A stretch of DNA of 64,000 nt, taken from Deltaproteobacteria bacterium. GTDB taxonomy: Bacteria; Myxococcota; B64-G9. Made by a program: the position numbers and the translations under genes. The DNA lies in the NCBI GenBank assembly GCA_019314375.1, contig JAFCZJ010000002.1:6904-70903 (forward strand), read 5' to 3'. Shown here in pieces: positions 1 through 9,561 of this stretch (position 1 is its first letter; every line of letters begins with the position of its first letter). The notes beneath the pieces are model-generated. The model had not been told where the DNA came from. It made no database searches and saw only the letters and a program-made list of their open reading frames with translations.

Positions 1-2
1 AT

Positions 3-140
3 GACATCGAGCCCCCGCCCGCAGTCTTTGGGCGCATGGAGGCCGAGCATTTGGTCGGGGTGGGCCGGTTTGAGGGCGTGATGATAACCCTGATTGATTT
101 GGAGGAGGTCGTGCGACTCGACCCCTTCGTGTGCAAATAG
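3..140 (+). CDS. cheW: CheW-family coupling protein, C-terminal fragment (5' truncated by window edge)
   Basis: Frame 3 reads DIEPPPAVFGRMEAEHLVGVGRFEGVMITLIDLEEVV..., stop TAG at 138-140; resembles a CheW C-terminus and directly precedes a full cheW. Confidence 0.7.
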   Translation, partial: DIEPPPAVFGRMEAEHLVGVGRFEGVMITLIDLEEVVRLDPFVCK

Positions 141-153
141 GACTAGGAGTGAA

Positions 154-612
154 ATGAGACAGGAAAATCAGAGCGTGCAGTTGTCTTCGTTTCGAGTCGG
201 AGAAGAGGTGTACGCCATCGACATCATGCGCATTCGGGAGATCATCAACCCTGTTCCGGTTACCCCTGTGCCTGAATCGATTGGTGCCATCGAAGGGGTT
301 ATCAATTTGCGCGGTGTCATCTTGCCCATCATCGATTTGCGAAAGCGTTTTGGTTTGACCGCTCTGACGGACTCCCGGTTGGTTAAGTACATTATTGCCT
401 TGGTGGATGGGCGTTTGTTCGGGTTTCGAGTTGACGAGGTCCTGGACGTGGTTCGGGTAGATACGGAGAAAATCAGCCCATCCCCGCAGCACGAAATGGG
501 TCGCGAACCAGGTCTCTTTGTGGGCGTTTGCCAGGTAAAGGATCGGTTGTTGTTGCTGTTGGATTTGCGGAAGATTATCCGGCCGCACGAGCGGGAACGA
601 GGTGCGACGTGA
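154..612 (+). CDS. cheW: Chemotaxis coupling protein CheW
   Basis: AGGAG RBS before ATG154; motifs FRVGEEVYAIDIMRIREII, GVINLRGVILPIIDLRKRFG, GFRVDEVLDV. Confidence 0.93.
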   Translation: MRQENQSVQLSSFRVGEEVYAIDIMRIREIINPVPVTPVPESIGAIEGVINLRGVILPIIDLRKRFGLTALTDSRLVKYIIALVDGRLFGFRVDEVLDVVRVDTEKISPSPQHEMGREPGLFVGVCQVKDRLLLLLDLRKIIRPHERERGAT

Positions 613-3164
613 GTGGAAAAAATGGGCTGCGGTTTCGTCGAACCCATCTGGGTGTGCTGGCCTTGGCCGGAATTTTACTGGTTGGCGCGTCTTCGGTATT
701 GGGTGCATTGGACAGGCTAATTCTGGTTTTGCTGCCCGCCTTGCTGGTTGTGGCCGCGCCGGCACATTTGTTTCGGCTTTGGTTGTCTGGTCGGCGTCTG
801 GCTCCTCTGCAAGAGCTGTTCGATAGACTGAAGACTGAGAGTCGAATCAAGCAGATCGAGGCAGAGCAAGGCTTGCGGATTATCGCGCGGTTCCCTATTC
901 GGGAGGCTGTCACAGGCGTAATCATTTGGCCCCTGGGGGCGCTGGGCATCTTTTTCGCCACTGATTTTCTTGTCGGCATGTCTTCATGGCAGGCTTTGAT
1001 CGTGATCGTTTTGGGCGTGGTTGTTGGTTGGATCGATGCCTTGTTGGTGTATCACGCCGGGATGCGTTTTTTGGATCCCATCCGGAGCGAGTTGGAGAGC
1101 AACCTGGATCCCGCCGCCTTGGCGCGGCAGCCGGCCCAGCGCTTGACTTTTCAGTTGATCGTCTCTGTGCTGGTGGTTTTGGTGCTGGGCCTGGGCATGG
1201 TGTCGCTGGTTTGGTTCGGCTTGATGCGCGACAGCAAAGCTGAACAGATTCTTGCAAGCCATCGGGCCTCCTTTCTTGCTGCCGTCCGGTCCATGCCTCC
1301 AGGATTGAGCGATCCCGTTCGTTTGGCGGATGCCTTGCGCGATGCGGGAGACGATTCGGGGCTCGGCCTCGATTTGGTGGTCATCGATTCCAAGGGGCAG
1401 GTGGTGGCCGGAGCTCAGCCCTTGACCCCATACCGAGACTGGCTGAAGCTTATCGCTGAGAATGGTGCTTCGGAATGGAGTGATCTTCAGTCTCCTTTTC
1501 TTTTCATGGCCCGGCGAATGTCGCCGGAGCATCTGTTGGTATGGGTGGCTGAGATGGATGTGGTCCACCAGGCCATGGGCACGAAACGTTGGCGGGCCAT
1601 GTTGGGTGTTCTGCTTACCGCGTTGGCCTGCCTGGTTCTGGGGGCCTCGGTTGTGAGGACTGGACTCAGCCCCCTGGGCGCACTTTCCGAGCGGATTCGG
1701 TCGTATCATGGCGATGATGTACCGGCCCCGGCACCAGGCCTTGGGGAATTGCCCGTCCTGTCGCAGGCCGTCGAGGATTTCGCGACCGCGGTGCGCAACA
1801 CGCTGAAAACGGGCCGCCAGGCGGTGGGCGGTTTGATGATCGAGCATCGCCAGATGAAAAACAAAGTCATCGGGGTCACCAACGCAGCAACTTTGCGCGG
1901 TGAGATGGCGGAACAGACCGCCGCCTCTGTGTTTGAGATGCGTTCCTCTATTCGAAGCGTGACCGAGCAAGTGAGATCGTTGAAGGAGGCCTCGACGGAT
2001 GGATCGAGCGCCCTCTTCGAGATCGATCAGAGTGTCCGAGAGGTGGCATCCTCCGCTGAGAGTTTGCAAGGGGTGGCGGATGTTGTGGCCAAAACCTTTC
2101 GTCAGGTGGACGGCACCATGGTGCAGGTGATCATGGACGTGGACGAGTTGGCTTTGCAGGCCGAGAAAGCTTCCACCTCTATCGCCATCATGGATGATGC
2201 CATTCGGGAGGTGGAAAGCAACACATCGGAGACCCATCGTCTGTCGCAGGAGGTCAGTGAGATAGCCGCCCTCGGTGCCGATTCGGTTCGGGAGACCATC
2301 ACGGGAATTCAAGAAATCAAGAGCGTGACCCAGGAAGCGCGCGAGGTTATCAATCGGCTCGGTGGCGAGATGGCGGCGGTGGGCAAGATCTTGACCGTCA
2401 TCAGCGATGTGGCGGAGCAGACCAATCTATTGGCTCTCAACGCAGCAATCATCGCCGCGGCGGCTGGTGAGCACGGCAAGGGCTTTGCCGTATTGGCGGA
2501 TGAGATTAAAAAATTGGCTGATCGAACGGCAAGTTCAACCAAGGAAATTGCCATCCTCATCAAGTCGGTGCAGACCGAATCAAGTCGGGCGGTGGACGCC
2601 ATCGAGCGTGGTTTTGGCAGTGTGCAGCGAGGAGAAGGCCTGGCCAACAATGCAGGCGAGGCCTTGAAACAAATTCTGACCTCGGTCCGCCGAGTCAACC
2701 AGATGGCCGATGACATTGCCGGCAGCACGGCCGAGCATACCAACACGAGTCGCATCATTTCGATTTCCATGGGCGAGATTGGCTCCATGGTGCGAAATAT
2801 TCGGCAGACCATGGGAGAGCAAGAGGAGAAGAACCAGCGCATGCGACTCTCCTCGGAGCAGATGCAGGAAGATGCACGTTTTGTGGTTCGCTCAGCCCAT
2901 GAGCAGTCTCAGGCCGTTTCCGCGGTGAGCCGCAATATGGAGCGTATGAATGAGATGGTTGGCTTCATCTCCAAGGCCATGGACGAGCAGAGTCAAGGGG
3001 TGGAGCATGTTACCCGCACCACGGAGCAGCTTCGGGATGCCTTCCTTTCCGAGATGAGTCAACTGAGTGATCTGGAGCAAAATGCCGAGTTGATCCATGA
3101 TCACACCAAGCAGCTGGCCGAGCAACTCGAGCGATTTGGGGGAGTCAGGAGGCGCGGAAAATGA
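609..3164 (+). CDS. Methyl-accepting chemotaxis protein with multiple N-terminal TM segments
   Basis: Hairpin-tip motif ISDVAEQTNLLALNAAIIAAAAGEHGKGFAVLADEIKKLADRT; GTG609 overlaps the cheW stop (GTGA); start inferred. Confidence 0.92.
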   Translation: MSGKNGLRFRRTHLGVLALAGILLVGASSVLGALDRLILVLLPALLVVAAPAHLFRLWLSGRRLAPLQELFDRLKTESRIKQIEAEQGLRIIARFPIREAVTGVIIWPLGALGIFFATDFLVGMSSWQALIVIVLGVVVGWIDALLVYHAGMRFLDPIRSELESNLDPAALARQPAQRLTFQLIVSVLVVLVLGLGMVSLVWFGLMRDSKAEQILASHRASFLAAVRSMPPGLSDPVRLADALRDAGDDSGLGLDLVVIDSKGQVVAGAQPLTPYRDWLKLIAENGASEWSDLQSPFLFMARRMSPEHLLVWVAEMDVVHQAMGTKRWRAMLGVLLTALACLVLGASVVRTGLSPLGALSERIRSYHGDDVPAPAPGLGELPVLSQAVEDFATAVRNTLKTGRQAVGGLMIEHRQMKNKVIGVTNAATLRGEMAEQTAASVFEMRSSIRSVTEQVRSLKEASTDGSSALFEIDQSVREVASSAESLQGVADVVAKTFRQVDGTMVQVIMDVDELALQAEKASTSIAIMDDAIREVESNTSETHRLSQEVSEIAALGADSVRETITGIQEIKSVTQEAREVINRLGGEMAAVGKILTVISDVAEQTNLLALNAAIIAAAAGEHGKGFAVLADEIKKLADRTASSTKEIAILIKSVQTESSRAVDAIERGFGSVQRGEGLANNAGEALKQILTSVRRVNQMADDIAGSTAEHTNTSRIISISMGEIGSMVRNIRQTMGEQEEKNQRMRLSSEQMQEDARFVVRSAHEQSQAVSAVSRNMERMNEMVGFISKAMDEQSQGVEHVTRTTEQLRDAFLSEMSQLSDLEQNAELIHDHTKQLAEQLERFGGVRRRGK

Positions 3165-5176
3165 GCAAGGGAGACAAACAACGTGTCCTGGATGCCCTCT
3201 CGAGCTCTGTCGAAGAGATCAGACACCAGGCCGTCCGCCGCCTGCCGGAGGTCTTTGACGAGGTGCCCGAGGACCCCTTGATGCAAGCGCTGGGCGATGT
3301 CAGTTGGCGCGTTCGGAAAGATGTTTTGCTTCTCTTGGACGAGCTCCAGGCTGGGCCCGAATTGTTGCGTAGACTGGTGTCCGCCCTGGGGGAGGCTGAT
3401 AACGTTGGATTGCGCAACGCGGCATCCGAGGCTTTGATTCGTTTCGGTGAAGCATCTGTTCCCGCCTTGCTCGTCTTGTTGGCGGACGGGGATGAAGATG
3501 AGCGAAAATTCGCCGCGGATATCCTCGGGAATATCGGATCCAGTACCGCAGCGGAGGGCCTGATTCTGGCAATTCGAGACGGGGATTCAAATGTTCGGGC
3601 CTCGGCTTGCGAGGCTCTGGGCAGCGTTGGACCCGAGGACGCTGTTTCTGCTTTGACCCAAACCCTGGCCGATGGGGATCTCCTGGTGCGTTTGTCTTGC
3701 CTCGATGCACTCGTCCGCCTGGAGGCAAGACTTGAGGCGGGGTTGCTCATCCCCCTGTTCTCGGTGGCCCCTCTCAGGCCCGTCTTGTATCGCCTCTTGG
3801 CCCGATCGCCCGATGTCGAAGAAGCCCGAGAACAGCTTTTGCAGGCCTTGCTGTCACGCTCTCGCTCTGAGCGCCATGCCGCTACTCAGGCACTGGTGGC
3901 ACTCTATGAGGGTGCCGACCGAAGGCAACAAGTGCAAATTCGAGTGGCCCTGACTCGGTTCTCGGCCGATCAGGGGCTCGTCGAGCACCTGAGGAGCATG
4001 TTACGTCGGGGCGACGAAATGCAACAGGCAGCCGCCATGGTTTTGTTGGGATGGACGGGGCAGAGCGAGGTCGTAGCTGATTTAATCGAGGCAGCAGTGG
4101 ATGACCGCAGCTTTGAGCGGGCATACGAGGCCTTATTGGCCATCGGGCCTCGGTCGGTCTCGGCCATGCTTGAGGCATTTGACGGGGCCGGGCAAGGTCG
4201 TCAGGTTTTGATACTTAATCTTTTGGGCCACTTCAAGAGACCGGAGAGCTTGTCCCATATCGTGGAGGCTTGTCTGGGTTCCGAGGAGGAGGTGGCCGAG
4301 GCAGCCCAACGAGCTTTGGGAATGTTCGGCGACCCCTCAGTCATTCCCACGATTGTCTCTTTGTTGTCTACCGGGCAAACTCCCCTGCCGCGCGGCGCAA
4401 TCGATTCTTTGATTCATATAGGGGGGCGCTATCGCGAGCAGGTTTTTGCAGCCGTCGAGCCACTGCTGGCTCAAGAGGGCACCCGAGCCGCTGCGGCCGA
4501 AGTTCTCTGCGGCATTTCCCACAAGGAAGAGATAGATGTAATCCTTCGCCTGCTGAACGATGGGCAAGCGCAGGTTCGGGTCGCCGCAATCGGGGCGATC
4601 GGGCGCTTGGGCGGAGACGATTTGATAGGAAAAATAGCCACGGCCCTGACCGACGAACACGCCTCGGTGCGTGTGGCGGCTGCGGCAGCCTTGGGTCTGC
4701 GGAATTCGGAGCAAGCTCGGGCTGCCTTGCGTGTGGCCCTGGGTGATGAGAATCCCTGGGTCGTGAAAGAGGCCATCTCGGGTCTGGCGCGCGGAGTCGA
4801 CCCCCAGTCCATGACCCAAATGCGAGACCTGGTGTTGCATCCCCACGGATTGGTGGCCCGGGAGGCGGTGAAGGCTCTGGCTGATAGTGGCCTGAAACAG
4901 GACCAGGAACTTTGGTTGCGTGCCAGCAAGCATCCCGACAGCGATGTGGTTAAGCAGGTGATCGCTTCTTCGATGTCCTGGTCTGCAGAGACCCGCGACG
5001 CGATTTTGTTTGCCGTCTTGGACGATGAACGCTGGGATGTGCGTATCGCGGCGGTGCGAGGCCTTGTGGACACAAGGCATCCAGAGGCCATGCAAGCACT
5101 GGCCCGTCGGCTCGAGAAAGAGGATGATGCGCTGGTTCGGGAAGCTTTGGAGGCAGCCCTGCGGCCGCCTGCGTAG
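3161..5176 (+). CDS. HEAT/PBS-lyase repeat protein in chemosensory operon
   Basis: Repeated (L)xDxxxxVRxxAxxALG units across 671 aa; ATGA overlap with the MCP. Confidence 0.88.
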   Translation: MSKGDKQRVLDALSSSVEEIRHQAVRRLPEVFDEVPEDPLMQALGDVSWRVRKDVLLLLDELQAGPELLRRLVSALGEADNVGLRNAASEALIRFGEASVPALLVLLADGDEDERKFAADILGNIGSSTAAEGLILAIRDGDSNVRASACEALGSVGPEDAVSALTQTLADGDLLVRLSCLDALVRLEARLEAGLLIPLFSVAPLRPVLYRLLARSPDVEEAREQLLQALLSRSRSERHAATQALVALYEGADRRQQVQIRVALTRFSADQGLVEHLRSMLRRGDEMQQAAAMVLLGWTGQSEVVADLIEAAVDDRSFERAYEALLAIGPRSVSAMLEAFDGAGQGRQVLILNLLGHFKRPESLSHIVEACLGSEEEVAEAAQRALGMFGDPSVIPTIVSLLSTGQTPLPRGAIDSLIHIGGRYREQVFAAVEPLLAQEGTRAAAAEVLCGISHKEEIDVILRLLNDGQAQVRVAAIGAIGRLGGDDLIGKIATALTDEHASVRVAAAAALGLRNSEQARAALRVALGDENPWVVKEAISGLARGVDPQSMTQMRDLVLHPHGLVAREAVKALADSGLKQDQELWLRASKHPDSDVVKQVIASSMSWSAETRDAILFAVLDDERWDVRIAAVRGLVDTRHPEAMQALARRLEKEDDALVREALEAALRPPA

Positions 5177-5187
5177 AGGGTGATTTT

Positions 5188-6063
5188 ATGGTCGACTGGC
5201 CCAGCGCGCGTATCTTGATGAGTCCTGAGGAATTCAGGATCTTGCGGGATTTGGTACAGACGCACTGCGGTATCTATTTTCAAAATGACCAGCAATATCT
5301 CTTCACGCGACGTTTGGATAGCCGGCTCAAGGAACTCGGTTTGCAGGACTACACGGAGTATCATCGCCACCTGCGTTATGCGGAGGATCGAAGGCTGGAG
5401 ATGGAGCGACTGGTCGAACTTCTGACCACGAACGAGACTTATTTTTTTCGAGAAGAATACCAGCTCAAGGCTTTTTCCGAGGAGATTTTGCCCGATTTGA
5501 TCCTTCGGCGGGCGAGCCATCGGCGCCTGCGGATTTGGTCAGCCGGATGCTCGACTGGCGAAGAGGTTTACACTCTCGCCATGTTGCTTTTAGAGAATCC
5601 ACAGCTTGAGGGCTGGAGCCTTGAGGTCTTTGGCAACGACATTTCTCGCAAGGTGCTGCAGACTGCAAGGAAAGGGGTTTACGGTAAAAGTGCCATGCGT
5701 GTCATTGAGCCCTATTTCCTGCGGAAGTACTTTCGCAAGGAGGGCGATCGCTACCGGGTGGTGGATGAAGTGAGGGACATCGTTTCCTTCGGTCAACTCA
5801 ACCTTCTGGACACCGACATGCTTGAGTTGCTTGGACCGGTTAGTGTTGTTTTTTGTCGGAATGTACTGATCTATTTCGACAGGGATGCCCGTCTCCGGGT
5901 TTTGGAGACTTTCAGGAAAAAGATGGTTGAGGGGGGGTATTTATTGTTGGGCCACTCTGAATCCCTGGTTAACTTGAGCACGGATTTTGAGCTGGTCACT
6001 TTGAAAAACGACATGGTGTATCGGAAACCCAGGTTGCGTGATTTTGGGGAGACTTCTCAATGA
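5188..6063 (+). CDS. cheR: Chemotaxis methyltransferase CheR
   Basis: TTNETYFFRE, RIWSAGCSTGEEVYTLAM, VFCRNVLIYFD, GYLLLGHSES. Confidence 0.96.
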   Translation: MVDWPSARILMSPEEFRILRDLVQTHCGIYFQNDQQYLFTRRLDSRLKELGLQDYTEYHRHLRYAEDRRLEMERLVELLTTNETYFFREEYQLKAFSEEILPDLILRRASHRRLRIWSAGCSTGEEVYTLAMLLLENPQLEGWSLEVFGNDISRKVLQTARKGVYGKSAMRVIEPYFLRKYFRKEGDRYRVVDEVRDIVSFGQLNLLDTDMLELLGPVSVVFCRNVLIYFDRDARLRVLETFRKKMVEGGYLLLGHSESLVNLSTDFELVTLKNDMVYRKPRLRDFGETSQ

Positions 6064-7145
6064 TCAAGAACGGTAAAGACGCGCCCGTTCGGGTGATGGT
6101 GGTAGATGATTCGAGGTCCAATCGTGAGACCATCAAGACCTTGTTGAGCGAGGAGCGAGGTGTGGTGGTCGTGGCCGAGGCCGCCGACGGCGAGGAGGCC
6201 CTGAAGGAGGCCAATCGGCATTTGCCGGATGTCATTACCCTCGATCTTCAGATGCCCAAAATGGACGGGTTCACATTCCTGCGCATCCTGATGGGCCACC
6301 GGCCCACACCTGTCATTGTGGTTAGCTCTTATTCGGATCAGCATAGCGTGTTCCGCGCTTTGGAATTTGGGGCCTTGGATTTTGTGGCGAAACCGAGCCG
6401 TAGTGCTGCAGGCTTGGAAATCATCCGGCAGGAATTGTTGGCCAAGTTGATGCTTGTTCGCCGTTTGCAGGTTTCTGCCTTGACCGAGCGGCGTCAGGTG
6501 GTACCGGCAGGCACTGAGCCGAAGCCGCAAATCGAATATTCGATCGATGACAATCAGCCAGCCGGCCTTGTCGTCATCGGGGCTTCGACCGGTGGCCCAA
6601 GTGCAGTCCATACCCTGTTGGCGGGATTGCCGCCGGATTTGCCCTTGAGCTATTTGGTGGCGCAGCACATGCCGGAACAGTTCACGGGCACCTTTGCTGA
6701 GCGTTTGAACGGACAGATCGCCATGTCAGTCGTGGAGGCGGTGGATGGCTTGCGACTGGCAGCCGGCCAGGTCGTTATCGCTAAGGGAGGCCATCACCTG
6801 CAGGTCCAGCGGGCCGAGGGGTATTTGTGTGTAGATCTCACATCAGCGGCAGAAGGAAGTCGTCATGTGCCATCCATTGATACCCTCTTCTTCTCCGCGG
6901 CGAAGGTCATGGGAAAGGCCTGCCTGGGCATCATTTTGACCGGCATGGGAGATGATGGTGCCCAGGGTGTTCGATCCCTGAAAAAGGCGGGGGGGAGTAC
7001 CTTGGCTGAGTCGAAGGAAACGGCCATCATTTATGGTATGCCCTACGAGGCCAAGGCCACCGGTGCGGTGGATAAGAGTTGCCGGTTGACGGATCTGGCA
7101 TCGGAAGTGGCAAAATTCGGCCAAGCGTTTTTGAGGGCCGAGTAG
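6060..7145 (+). CDS. cheB: Response regulator methylesterase CheB
   Basis: N-terminal receiver (VMVVDDS, TLDLQMPKMDG); catalytic motifs GASTGG, QHMP, LTGMGDDG. Confidence 0.96.
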   Translation: MIKNGKDAPVRVMVVDDSRSNRETIKTLLSEERGVVVVAEAADGEEALKEANRHLPDVITLDLQMPKMDGFTFLRILMGHRPTPVIVVSSYSDQHSVFRALEFGALDFVAKPSRSAAGLEIIRQELLAKLMLVRRLQVSALTERRQVVPAGTEPKPQIEYSIDDNQPAGLVVIGASTGGPSAVHTLLAGLPPDLPLSYLVAQHMPEQFTGTFAERLNGQIAMSVVEAVDGLRLAAGQVVIAKGGHHLQVQRAEGYLCVDLTSAAEGSRHVPSIDTLFFSAAKVMGKACLGIILTGMGDDGAQGVRSLKKAGGSTLAESKETAIIYGMPYEAKATGAVDKSCRLTDLASEVAKFGQAFLRAE

Positions 7146-7220
7146 CGCATCTGTATGGGATGTTGATTGAGCCACCGGGGTCGGTGTGCTATGTTTGTGC
7201 CTCAGTTGAGGAGCGTAAGA

Positions 7221-8000
7221 ATGTCGGAACGCAAGAATGAACAGGATGGTCTTGAATTTCTTAGGACATTCAAGCGAGGGGTTGAGTTTACCGAAGAACT
7301 CATGGCGGAGAACGTACGTTTGCGGGAACGCTTGATGGATTTGGAGGCTCAGCTTGCCTCTAAGGATAACGAACAGGCGGATTCGAGGGAATCCCAGTCT
7401 CAGCGCGAGTCCATGGAGTTGGAAAACGCGGATTTTCATCGACGGCATGGAGAGATTGATGCGGAGTACGATCGGCTGGCCAAGCTTTATGTGACGAGTT
7501 ATCAGTTGCATTCCTCCCAGAATGTGAATCAGGTGATGGCTATCGTTTCAGAGGTTCTGACCAACCTGGTCGGTGCCAAGTCATTCGCTTTTTACGTCAA
7601 GAAAGGAACGAAGCTTGTTCCTTTGCAGGCGACAGGTTGCGAGGCGGAGCATCTTGATAGCTACAACGAGCAGCACGCCATTGCCAAAGCCCTGGAAGCC
7701 GGTGAACTCTGGCTTGATGATGGCCACGGCCATCAGGGCACTGCTGCGGTCCCCTTGGTCGCCATCCCCTTGCGTATTGGTCGTGCGGGTTTGGGCATGT
7801 TTTCAGTATTGAGCCTGTTTGAGCAGAAAGAGTGTGTGACGGAATTGGATCAGGAGTTGTTCAGGCTGCTGGGTACGCACGCAAGCACCGCTTTGTCGGC
7901 AGCCTTACTCTACGCTGCTGTCGGGGACGAATCAGAATTGGTCGAGCGATTGATCGATCAGATCGGGCTTGCCTTGGGCGGGGACGGGAAGACGTCATGA
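7221..8000 (+). CDS. Coiled-coil plus GAF-domain protein
   Basis: GAGGAG RBS before ATG7221; N-terminal heptads then a GAF-like region (LVAIPLRIG...GMFSVLSL...DQELFRLLGTHASTAL). Confidence 0.75.
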   Translation: MSERKNEQDGLEFLRTFKRGVEFTEELMAENVRLRERLMDLEAQLASKDNEQADSRESQSQRESMELENADFHRRHGEIDAEYDRLAKLYVTSYQLHSSQNVNQVMAIVSEVLTNLVGAKSFAFYVKKGTKLVPLQATGCEAEHLDSYNEQHAIAKALEAGELWLDDGHGHQGTAAVPLVAIPLRIGRAGLGMFSVLSLFEQKECVTELDQELFRLLGTHASTALSAALLYAAVGDESELVERLIDQIGLALGGDGKTS

Positions 8001-8374
8001 CGAAAATTCTACAGGCTTTGGTGGTGGAAGATTCTCCAACCATGCGTCAGTTGATTGGCTTCGCCTTGCGTCGTATCCCGGGCCTTGAGGTTGATGAGGC
8101 CGATGACGGCGTGGCCGGTCTCAAGAAATTGGCGGAGAAGCGATTTGATATTTTGATCACCGACATCAATATGCCCATCATGGATGGCTTGAAGCTGGTG
8201 AGCCTGGTGCGCAAGGATGAAAAGCACAAGGATATCCCCATCGTTATCATCACAACGGAAGGGGCGGCAGAGGATCGGCAGCGAGCTTTGAATCTGGGGG
8301 CCAACGCATACATCACCAAACCCATTCAGGCACCACAGGTTATCGATTGCGTGCGCAAACTTTTGGATCGCTGA
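7997..8374 (+). CDS. cheY: CheY-like single-domain response regulator
   Basis: ALVVEDS, LITDINMPIMDG, IITT, YITKP; ATG7997 overlaps the upstream TGA. Confidence 0.92.
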   Translation: MTKILQALVVEDSPTMRQLIGFALRRIPGLEVDEADDGVAGLKKLAEKRFDILITDINMPIMDGLKLVSLVRKDEKHKDIPIVIITTEGAAEDRQRALNLGANAYITKPIQAPQVIDCVRKLLDR

Positions 8375-8387
8375 TCCTCCCAAAATA

Positions 8388-8416
8388 TTGACAGATTTTA
8401 ACGACTGGCCTAACAT
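8388..8416 (+). promoter_or_regulatory. Putative sigma70 promoter
   Basis: TTGACA(8388-8393)-17 nt-TAACAT(8411-8416) upstream of the AGGAG RBS of the 8447 gene. Confidence 0.6.
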
Positions 8417-8446
8417 TTTGAAGTACACAAGCAGGAGTGCATTGTT

Positions 8447-9460
8447 TTGGTCCAGACTAAAACCATCATAGTTCTTCTCGTCGGATTGGGGCTCTGTATT
8501 CCTCTCTCGATTGGAGCCCAGGAGGAGGAGTACGGGAAGGTCCAGTATTATCGAGGGATCAAGCAGTCCTACGGTATCGTCACAACATTGCAGACTGATT
8601 TGGATGGGGATGGGTCGAGCGAATCCGTGATCTGTTACCGGGATCCCGATCGGGCATTGAATCAACAGGGAGGCGTGTTGATCCTGTCCGGTGGCAATGT
8701 GGCGTGGCATGCTCTTTTTGAGGCCATGTATCCTGAAGAGGTCAAGGCAAACGGAAATGTCTTGAGTTTCTCCCTGGTGCAGGTGGGGAAGGCCGGCCCC
8801 AAGAAGGTGAATAAGACTTTTGAGCTCGGTAAGGATTTCTTTTTTCGCTCTGACGAGCACAGTCCTTTCTACGACGTGAAGGTTTCCGCCAGCTCGACGC
8901 TTAAGGGTGCCGAATTGGATCCCGGTATGGTTTTCGACGGGAATCTGAAGACCGCCTGGGCCGAGGGCGGGGAGGGAACCGGTGTCGATGAGTCGGTGAC
9001 CCTGACCTTCGCCAGGCCCGTTAATCTGGGTTTGATGGGCGTGTTGCACGGCAATTTCGCCGGACGACGGCCCTGGCGTGACAACAACAGGTTGCATCGA
9101 GCCGAGGCCACGGTGGAGACTTCCTCGGATCGTTTTGATGCCGAAAGTGATGTGGACTTCGAAGAGGATTTGGGTCTGGGTCTCTATGGAGACCGGGTGG
9201 AGTTGAGCTTCACCAATAAGCCCATCATGCGTTATTTCAAAGTCGGCTCAAAGAACGTCACGAGCCTGGAGCTCAAGATTACCTCAGTCTTGTTGGGCGA
9301 AAAGAACGACGACACCTACATTGCCGAGATCGATTTCGCCGAACTCATCCCAAGAAATGTCCTTCTGGGCAAAGCCAAACCCGTGGTCAAGAAGAAGAAG
9401 GCGGATGAAGCCCCCGAGCCCAAGTCGAATGACGACTGGGTGGATGAAGATGACTTTTAG
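8447..9460 (+). CDS. Secreted protein with discoidin-like (NADase-type glycan-binding) domain
   Basis: Signal peptide; DGNLKTAWAEG...GVDESVTLTF, NNRL, LELKITSV...GEKNDDTYIAEI pattern; TTG start with AGGAG. Confidence 0.7.
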   Translation: MVQTKTIIVLLVGLGLCIPLSIGAQEEEYGKVQYYRGIKQSYGIVTTLQTDLDGDGSSESVICYRDPDRALNQQGGVLILSGGNVAWHALFEAMYPEEVKANGNVLSFSLVQVGKAGPKKVNKTFELGKDFFFRSDEHSPFYDVKVSASSTLKGAELDPGMVFDGNLKTAWAEGGEGTGVDESVTLTFARPVNLGLMGVLHGNFAGRRPWRDNNRLHRAEATVETSSDRFDAESDVDFEEDLGLGLYGDRVELSFTNKPIMRYFKVGSKNVTSLELKITSVLLGEKNDDTYIAEIDFAELIPRNVLLGKAKPVVKKKKADEAPEPKSNDDWVDEDDF

Positions 9461-9531
9461 AGGTTCTAATCCGGGAACCCCCAATCCTTTCCAGCCCCCA
9501 GCACCGAAAAAGCAACCCCGTAGAGCCTTTT

Positions 9532-9557
9532 ATCCCGCGCCGCAAGCGGTGCGGGAT
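9532..9557. terminator. GC-rich hairpin between convergent genes
   Basis: ATCCCGCGCCGC/GCGGTGCGGGAT inverted repeat; no good U tract on either strand. Confidence 0.4.
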
Positions 9558-9561
9558 TGGT

